A stretch of 20,000 nt of DNA from an uncultured virus (IMG/VR IMGVR_UViG_3300024258_000017). Taxonomy: Duplodnaviria; Heunggongvirae; Uroviricota; Caudoviricetes. Each line of letters starts with the position of its first letter. The stretch's first letter is position 1. Shown here in pieces: positions 15,970-20,000 of the stretch. The notes under the pieces were generated by a model, which saw only the letters and a list, made by a program, of their open reading frames with translations, was not told where the DNA came from and ran no database searches. The DNA lies in the IMG/VR virus record IMGVR_UViG_3300024258_000017; one strand, 5' to 3'. Both the position numbers and the translations under genes were made by a program.

Positions 15970-16289
15970 TTATTTTGTGTTCACGTTCTAAAATTAATTC
16001 CAGATTCCGAATTCAGGATGTTCATCCTCGATCATTTCTCTGGCTGTATCAAGAGCGTAAACATGTGCGCTTTTGAAGTCATATTCGTTCAATAAATTTT
16101 CGATTTCATCCAGACCGTTCATAAATATTGTTGAGTCTGATAAATCACTTGAGGACATCCCGCAAGTTCGATTTAAATATTTATCAATAAGTTGTTTTGC
16201 CAAGACTCTTGAGTCATGAGAATCGACGTAGGCGACCTTTTGTTCATGTGTTGACATTATTACCCCATTATTTTGTGTTCACGTTCTAA
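15970..16289. repeat. Exact 22-bp direct repeat, two copies (15970-15991 and 16268-16289)
   Basis: TTATTTTGTGTTCACGTTCTAA in both intergenic gaps, each next to ACCCC (the minus-strand GGGGT RBS). Confidence 0.9.
15994..16257 (-). CDS. Small acidic hypothetical protein
   Basis: 87 aa, GGGGT RBS, bracketed by the 22-bp repeat. Confidence 0.75.
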   Translation of the reverse strand: MSTHEQKVAYVDSHDSRVLAKQLIDKYLNRTCGMSSSDLSDSTIFMNGLDEIENLLNEYDFKSAHVYALDTAREMIEDEHPEFGIWN

Positions 16290-16741
16290 TTAGGCATTAT
16301 CCCAGTATCAGCCATGCTTTTATAATTTTCGCCTGTGACTAATATGTGATCATGTACGGAAACATCAATTGTTTTTAACGCCCGTGCAATTTTTTCGGTA
16401 ATCATTTGGTCATCTCTGGAAAAAGTCAAATTCCCGCTCGGGTGATTGTGTCCGAGGATGACCGCAGAAGCACTATGTTCAATGACTTTTTTCACAACTT
16501 CCCGAGGACATACAAAAGCGTTTGAAATGCTACCCTTGAAAAGAGTCTCGGTCTTGATCACTTTATTTTGACTACTCAGGAAAACAACAATAAAATGTTC
16601 TCTTGAGGTGTTTTTAATTAACGTTCTCAAATGATCAGCACCGTTTACAGATGATAATATTGTATCACCAGTTTTGAGATAAAATCTCTTTGAATATTCA
16701 CGACGCAAAACAGCATCGGAAATTTGATTGATTGTGTTCAT
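16286..16741 (-). CDS. radC: Short RadC-family JAB/MPN metalloprotein
   Basis: REHFIVVFL..QN.VI, PREV, ILGHNHPSG...S.DD (E...HxH...S..D metal site) and DHIL; lacks the N-terminal HhH region. Confidence 0.92.
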   Translation of the reverse strand: MNTINQISDAVLRREYSKRFYLKTGDTILSSVNGADHLRTLIKNTSREHFIVVFLSSQNKVIKTETLFKGSISNAFVCPREVVKKVIEHSASAVILGHNHPSGNLTFSRDDQMITEKIARALKTIDVSVHDHILVTGENYKSMADTGIMPN

Positions 16742-16775
16742 GTTGGTTTACCCGTTTAAATAATATTTTTGTGCG

Positions 16776-16829
16776 AAAAAAAATCCCCGCCCCCGATAAA
16801 AACATGCAAATAAAATTATGAGGGCAGGG
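16776..16829 (-). terminator. Intrinsic terminator-like hairpin upstream of radC
   Basis: Minus strand CCCUGCCCUC...GGGGGCGGGG (10 bp, 2 G-U, 25-nt partly paired loop), followed by A and U8. Confidence 0.6.
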
Positions 16830-16868
16830 TGATATGATGATCTATTTTCGCATTTTTCTCCACTTTTG

Positions 16869-17105
16869 TTATCGGTTTAGTCCACTTATTAAATTTTCAG
16901 CCGTTCCATAACAGTTCTCATATTCAAATAATCTCAGAAATAATTTTGTAGCCAGTTCTTTGTTACAGGCAAGATCAGGATCACACCGCCACCGCCTGTT
17001 TTTTCGGTAGGCAATCAGGTAGTTCTCCGGCATTTGCCGAATTGTATCTGAATAAGGTGCATGAATCAATTTGGTTTTCATAATATACACTAATAGATCA
17101 TTCAT
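16869..17105 (-). CDS. Hypothetical protein
   Basis: 78 aa, GAGG RBS, ATGA overlap with the ORF at 17102-17281. Confidence 0.65.
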   Translation of the reverse strand: MNDLLVYIMKTKLIHAPYSDTIRQMPENYLIAYRKNRRWRCDPDLACNKELATKLFLRLFEYENCYGTAENLISGLNR

Positions 17106-17281
17106 AATATTGCCTCTATATATTCAATTATATCTTCAGCTATTTCTTTCCAATCTTCAATATTAGTAAGATAAAAATAGCTTGAATCAAGCCCTTCTGC
17201 CTTCATATTTGCATCTTCAAAATCATCACAATCCCCAAGATCATGAATTAATCCATCATGTCCAAGTGCTAAATATTTCAT
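17102..17281 (-). CDS. Small acidic protein, paralog B (59 aa; not in ORF track)
   Basis: GGAGGTGAAATG; MKYLALGHDGLIHDLGDCDDFEDANMKAEGLDSSYFYLTNIEDWKEIAEDIIEYIEAIL. Confidence 0.85.
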   Translation of the reverse strand: MKYLALGHDGLIHDLGDCDDFEDANMKAEGLDSSYFYLTNIEDWKEIAEDIIEYIEAIL

Positions 17282-17358
17282 TTCACCTCCTCCTCATATA
17301 TTTTATAAAGTATTATACCCACCAATATACCCAACACTAATAAGCCTATTTCATACAT
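17278..17358 (-). CDS. 26-aa single-TM micropeptide (not in ORF track)
   Basis: GGAG-N8-ATG; MYEIGLLVLGILVGIILYKIYEEEVK; its stop overlaps the next ATG. Confidence 0.6.
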   Translation of the reverse strand: MYEIGLLVLGILVGIILYKIYEEEVK

Positions 17359-17497
17359 TGCTATTCTCCATTATATCTAATATAAGGGCATATATACCTA
17401 AACATATAACCCAGTTCCCATATTCAAACGTGTATCCTGTCCAGGCTGACAGCGATTTAATAAAAAATACACCTATAAATAATATAATAACTCTCAT
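17351..17497 (-). CDS. 48-aa two-TM protein (not in ORF track)
   Basis: AAGGAG RBS, ATGA overlap; MRVIILFIGVFFIKSLSAWTGYTFEYGNWVICLGIYALILDIMENSNV. Confidence 0.65.
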   Translation of the reverse strand: MRVIILFIGVFFIKSLSAWTGYTFEYGNWVICLGIYALILDIMENSNV

Positions 17498-17664
17498 TTT
17501 TTCTCCTTTATTATTGCTATTGCTATTTCAGTCCATTCTTCAATAGACGCAAGATAAAAATAATCTAAACCACAATCCTCGGCAATTTCGTCTGCTGCTT
17601 CAATATCTCCACAATCACCAAGATTATGTATAGTGCCTTTGTCTGTTAATGCTAAATATTTCAT
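17494..17664 (-). CDS. Small acidic protein, paralog A (56 aa; not in ORF track)
   Basis: TAATG-coupled; MKYLALTDKGTIHNLGDCGDIEAADEIAEDCGLDYFYLASIEEWTEIAIAIIKEKK. Confidence 0.85.
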   Translation of the reverse strand: MKYLALTDKGTIHNLGDCGDIEAADEIAEDCGLDYFYLASIEEWTEIAIAIIKEKK

Positions 17665-17852
17665 TATAATGTCACCCTATACGCTAATTTTTCGGTAATA
17701 ACACCATCTTTACAAAGACTATCAACATAATCTATAAAATAGTATCTTATAGTACCGTTATATTGGTTTTGTCTCCATGTCTTTCTATAGTGTTCTTTAA
17801 ATTCAGGATATGCTTCCCAAAAAGCCTTTCTAACTTCTGTTATTGTTTTCAT
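17664..17852 (-). CDS. Small hypothetical phage protein
   Basis: 62 aa, GGAG RBS, coupled on both sides. Confidence 0.75.
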   Translation of the reverse strand: MKTITEVRKAFWEAYPEFKEHYRKTWRQNQYNGTIRYYFIDYVDSLCKDGVITEKLAYRVTL

Positions 17853-18217
17853 TATTTACTCCATTTTATAATAAAACTTCTTGTTTCGTAACTTCTGCTG
17901 CTATGGCTGTACTTCCCACTATCTATAAATCGTATTTCATTAGTGTGAAATTCAACTTGGTATAAATAGCCTAAAGGAAAAGGAATATTCTTATTAATCA
18001 TGTCATATTCAGAATCGGTCAGTACAGACGATAAATAGTTTAATCTATACTTATGGTTGCAAAACTTCCTTTCCTGCCTTAAAAGTACCTTATAGAGCCT
18101 CCTATCCACTATTTCCAGGAATTTAGACTCCTTTATTTGCCTTTCTTTTGGTAAATGGTGTTTATACAGTGCTGGCTGCATGTTTATAGTTCGATATTCA
18201 TTTTCATTTGGTAACAT
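17852..18217 (-). CDS. Hypothetical basic protein
   Basis: 121 aa, AAGGA RBS. Confidence 0.7.
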   Translation of the reverse strand: MLPNENEYRTINMQPALYKHHLPKERQIKESKFLEIVDRRLYKVLLRQERKFCNHKYRLNYLSSVLTDSEYDMINKNIPFPLGYLYQVEFHTNEIRFIDSGKYSHSSRSYETRSFIIKWSK

Positions 18218-18527
18218 TTTTTATCCTTTTATTTATTATTTGAAATATTTTCTTTTCAATTTTACTAAATTTTTCAATTATAATATAATCATTATCAACT
18301 AAAAATTCGTGGGCTTTAATTTCTTTTCCGTTTTTTATTAATAATTCAAATGGATCATTATACTCTATTATCATTTCTTTTATATAAATATTCCCAGTAA
18401 AATTGAGTCTATAATATCTGTATTCTTTCGGTAAATTATGATATAAAGTTATAACATCCTGTATAGTTTTACCAATTATTCTATCGGTTTTATCTATCCA
18501 TCCTAATTTATAGTATTTTAAAATCAT
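18204..18527 (-). CDS. Hypothetical protein
   Basis: 107 aa, AGGAG RBS. Confidence 0.7.
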   Translation of the reverse strand: MILKYYKLGWIDKTDRIIGKTIQDVITLYHNLPKEYRYYRLNFTGNIYIKEMIIEYNDPFELLIKNGKEIKAHEFLVDNDYIIIEKFSKIEKKIFQIINKRIKNVTK

Positions 18528-18534
18528 ATAACTC

Positions 18535-18819
18535 CTAATTTGGAATAAAGCCAGGTATTAAGTGAAATATAGCACCTGATATAAGTAACAAGAATATAAT
18601 AACACTTATTATAATATTAATGCCCGATATTGTATCGTTTAATAGTTGTGATTTATCCTTACCATTTATAAATAAATACCTATTATCGTTTAAAGATTTT
18701 CCAAAATGTATTGTTTTTACGGTTTCCATATCTAATTTTGGAGTACATCCATATTCAGAGTTCAGATCCTCACTATACTTCTCATTTATAAGTATAATCA
18801 TTCGTTTATAAGCTTCCAT
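18535..18819 (-). CDS. Hypothetical protein with C-terminal TM anchor
   Basis: Hydrophobic tail INIIISVIIFLLLISGAIFHLI; exact start uncertain. Confidence 0.6.
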   Translation of the reverse strand: MEAYKRMIILINEKYSEDLNSEYGCTPKLDMETVKTIHFGKSLNDNRYLFINGKDKSQLLNDTISGINIIISVIIFLLLISGAIFHLIPGFIPN

Positions 18820-18986
18820 ATAGCTTTTCTACTATCATTTAACAGCCCTGACAAGTAAAATAACTCCCCATTTATACGGCAGCTTATCCCGTTATCCGTA
18901 TCCCTGGCAATTATCCTAATATCGGATATTTTACAGGTTGGGAAGTCTTTTTGTAATATTTTTTTTATTGTGTCTTTATATTCCAT
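18798..18986 (-). CDS. Hypothetical protein
   Basis: 62 aa, begins at the repeated leader. Confidence 0.7.
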   Translation of the reverse strand: MEYKDTIKKILQKDFPTCKISDIRIIARDTDNGISCRINGELFYLSGLLNDSRKAIWKLINE

Positions 18987-19016
18987 TGTTATTTTCCTTA
19001 TTTTCGGTTGGTAACA

Positions 19017-19178
19017 TTATAACCCCTTTATTATTATTACTTCAATGTTCGGTAAAAAACTATTTATAAATTTATATAAACTTTCACTTCCTATATAATA
19101 ATTATAATTCCAGTTAGATTTATAAGCATTATTTTTTAATCGCCATTTGTAGTTTATTCTGTTTAAATTTTGCTTCAT
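19017..19178 (-). CDS. Small basic N/Y-rich protein (53 aa; not in ORF track)
   Basis: Starts at leader copy 2; MKQNLNRINYKWRLKNNAYKSNWNYNYYIGSESLYKFINSFLPNIEVIIIKGL. Confidence 0.6.
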   Translation of the reverse strand: MKQNLNRINYKWRLKNNAYKSNWNYNYYIGSESLYKFINSFLPNIEVIIIKGL

Positions 19179-19203
19179 TGTTATTTTCCTTATTTTCGGT
19201 AAA

Positions 19204-19434
19204 TTAAAAATTCTTTTTTATAAACATATTTATATGTCTTATAGCTTCTATATAATCCAGTACAAGTGGATCATTTTCCCCAAAATCAGGGATCATTAAG
19301 TTGTTATCGTGAATAAGATCCCCTACTATCTCAGATAAGCACTCAATATCTTTTATTGCTATACTTCTATTATATAAAATAATACTTTCAAATACTCTAA
19401 TTGTTGAATCACTCCAGTATGAAGGATATTCCAT
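19204..19434 (-). CDS. Hypothetical protein
   Basis: 76 aa, AGGAG RBS, TAATG coupling. Confidence 0.7.
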   Translation of the reverse strand: MEYPSYWSDSTIRVFESIILYNRSIAIKDIECLSEIVGDLIHDNNLMIPDFGENDPLVLDYIEAIRHINMFIKKNF

Positions 19435-19595
19435 TATTTTCTCCTATCTCCTATTATAATATTTTCTTCTGATAATATATAATCGTCATATATATTTATT
19501 TCTTTTTTTAGACAAATTTCTTCAGCTTCTGCCAAATTTTTGGCAAATATGACTGAATTAAAGCCAGTCTCAAGATGTATTAAGTTAAATTTCAT
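19434..19595 (-). CDS. Small hypothetical protein (53 aa; not in ORF track)
   Basis: MKFNLIHLETGFNSVIFAKNLAEAEEICLKKEINIYDDYILSEENIIIGDRRK; fills the gap and its stop overlaps the next ATG, but no clear RBS. Confidence 0.6.
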   Translation of the reverse strand: MKFNLIHLETGFNSVIFAKNLAEAEEICLKKEINIYDDYILSEENIIIGDRRK

Positions 19596-19605
19596 TTTAT
19601 TTTAA

Positions 19606-19950
19606 TTAATAAATATAATCGTTTAATATTTTAGCTTGATTTATACTACAAAGCTCTTCAAAATTACTTGGTAGCTCTTCAGTACCTTGAAAGAAAGCAT
19701 CACATAATAATTCAAGTTTTAAATTATAAATTTCCAGTCCATAATAATTTAGACAATCATTATATGTAAATAAATACAAGCTATCACCTTCCCTGAATAG
19801 TTCATAATCATCACTTGTTCCCATACCTACAACTGTTTTAAACTTTTTATATTCCATCGTACATGGTGGGCTATAATATTGGTTTGGTACGCTTTCCCAA
19901 TATTCTATATCTTGTTTGGTTATCGTTATTTTTAAGTTATTTTGTTTCAT
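19606..19950 (-). CDS. Acidic hypothetical protein
   Basis: 114 aa, starts at leader copy 3. Confidence 0.75.
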   Translation of the reverse strand: MKQNNLKITITKQDIEYWESVPNQYYSPPCTMEYKKFKTVVGMGTSDDYELFREGDSLYLFTYNDCLNYYGLEIYNLKLELLCDAFFQGTEELPSNFEELCSINQAKILNDYIY

Positions 19951-20000
19951 TGTTATTTTCCTTATTTTTTCGGTAAATTATAAATTAAAATTAGTTCTCA

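Larger units (their letters stand above)
18984..19980 (-). repeat. Repeated gene leader, three copies (18984-19008, 19176-19206, 19948-19980)
   Basis: Minus strand (TAATTT)ACCGAAAA(AA)TAAGGAAAATAACAATG; each copy ends in the start codon of a different ORF. Confidence 0.92.

Noticed and set aside
15970..16289. GTTCACGTTC as a LexA/SOS box
   Set aside because: It matches neither GAAC-N4-GTTC nor GTTC-N7-GTTC spacing.
3372..18811. The + strand ORFs in the track beyond base 597 (e.g. 3372-3659, 6165-6650, 13815-14138, 15649-16095, 17358-17546)
   Set aside because: All lie antisense to well-supported, tightly tiled minus-strand genes and show no recognisable motifs; treated as shadow ORFs.
18984..19980. 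Repeated 25-33 bp sequence as a CRISPR array or integron attC sites
   Set aside because: Spacing is irregular (about 190 and 770 bp), the intervals are ORFs, the repeat is an RBS plus ATG with no palindrome, and no cas or intI motifs are visible.
1..20000. Stop-codon reassignment as the cause of the many short ORFs
   Set aside because: The standard code already tiles the strand almost completely. TAA, TGA and TAG all end genes at coupled junctions or next to the following RBS, and conserved proteins are uninterrupted.

Overview
Gene-dense, phage-like window (probably a large uncultured tailed phage or prophage; the host cannot be assigned from sequence). Bases 1-597 are the 3' end of a + strand virion-type gene (FN3-like repeat plus a tail-fibre-like C-terminal domain). 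It converges on a ~19.4 kb uninterrupted run of about 45 minus-strand genes, many translationally coupled. Recognisable genes are an amino-DNA methyltransferase, a RepL-like winged-helix protein, a tyrosine recombinase, a tandem Lar-type Zn-domain protein, a DUF2958 protein, a short RadC/JAB protein and a divergent beta sliding clamp. The most interesting element is a five-gene module of unknown function at 11474-14856: Ycf46-type AAA+ ATPase, DUF3150-like, DUF1257/Ycf35-like, DUF2997-like and an 83-aa protein. It sits directly downstream of RadC and the clamp and shares a GGG(G)T ribosome-binding motif with them. The AT-rich right end (17.1-20 kb) is an array of tiny ORFs with repeated leader sequences and a pair of acidic paralogs missing from the ORF track. 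Family assignments come from motif recognition by eye; no database searches were run.
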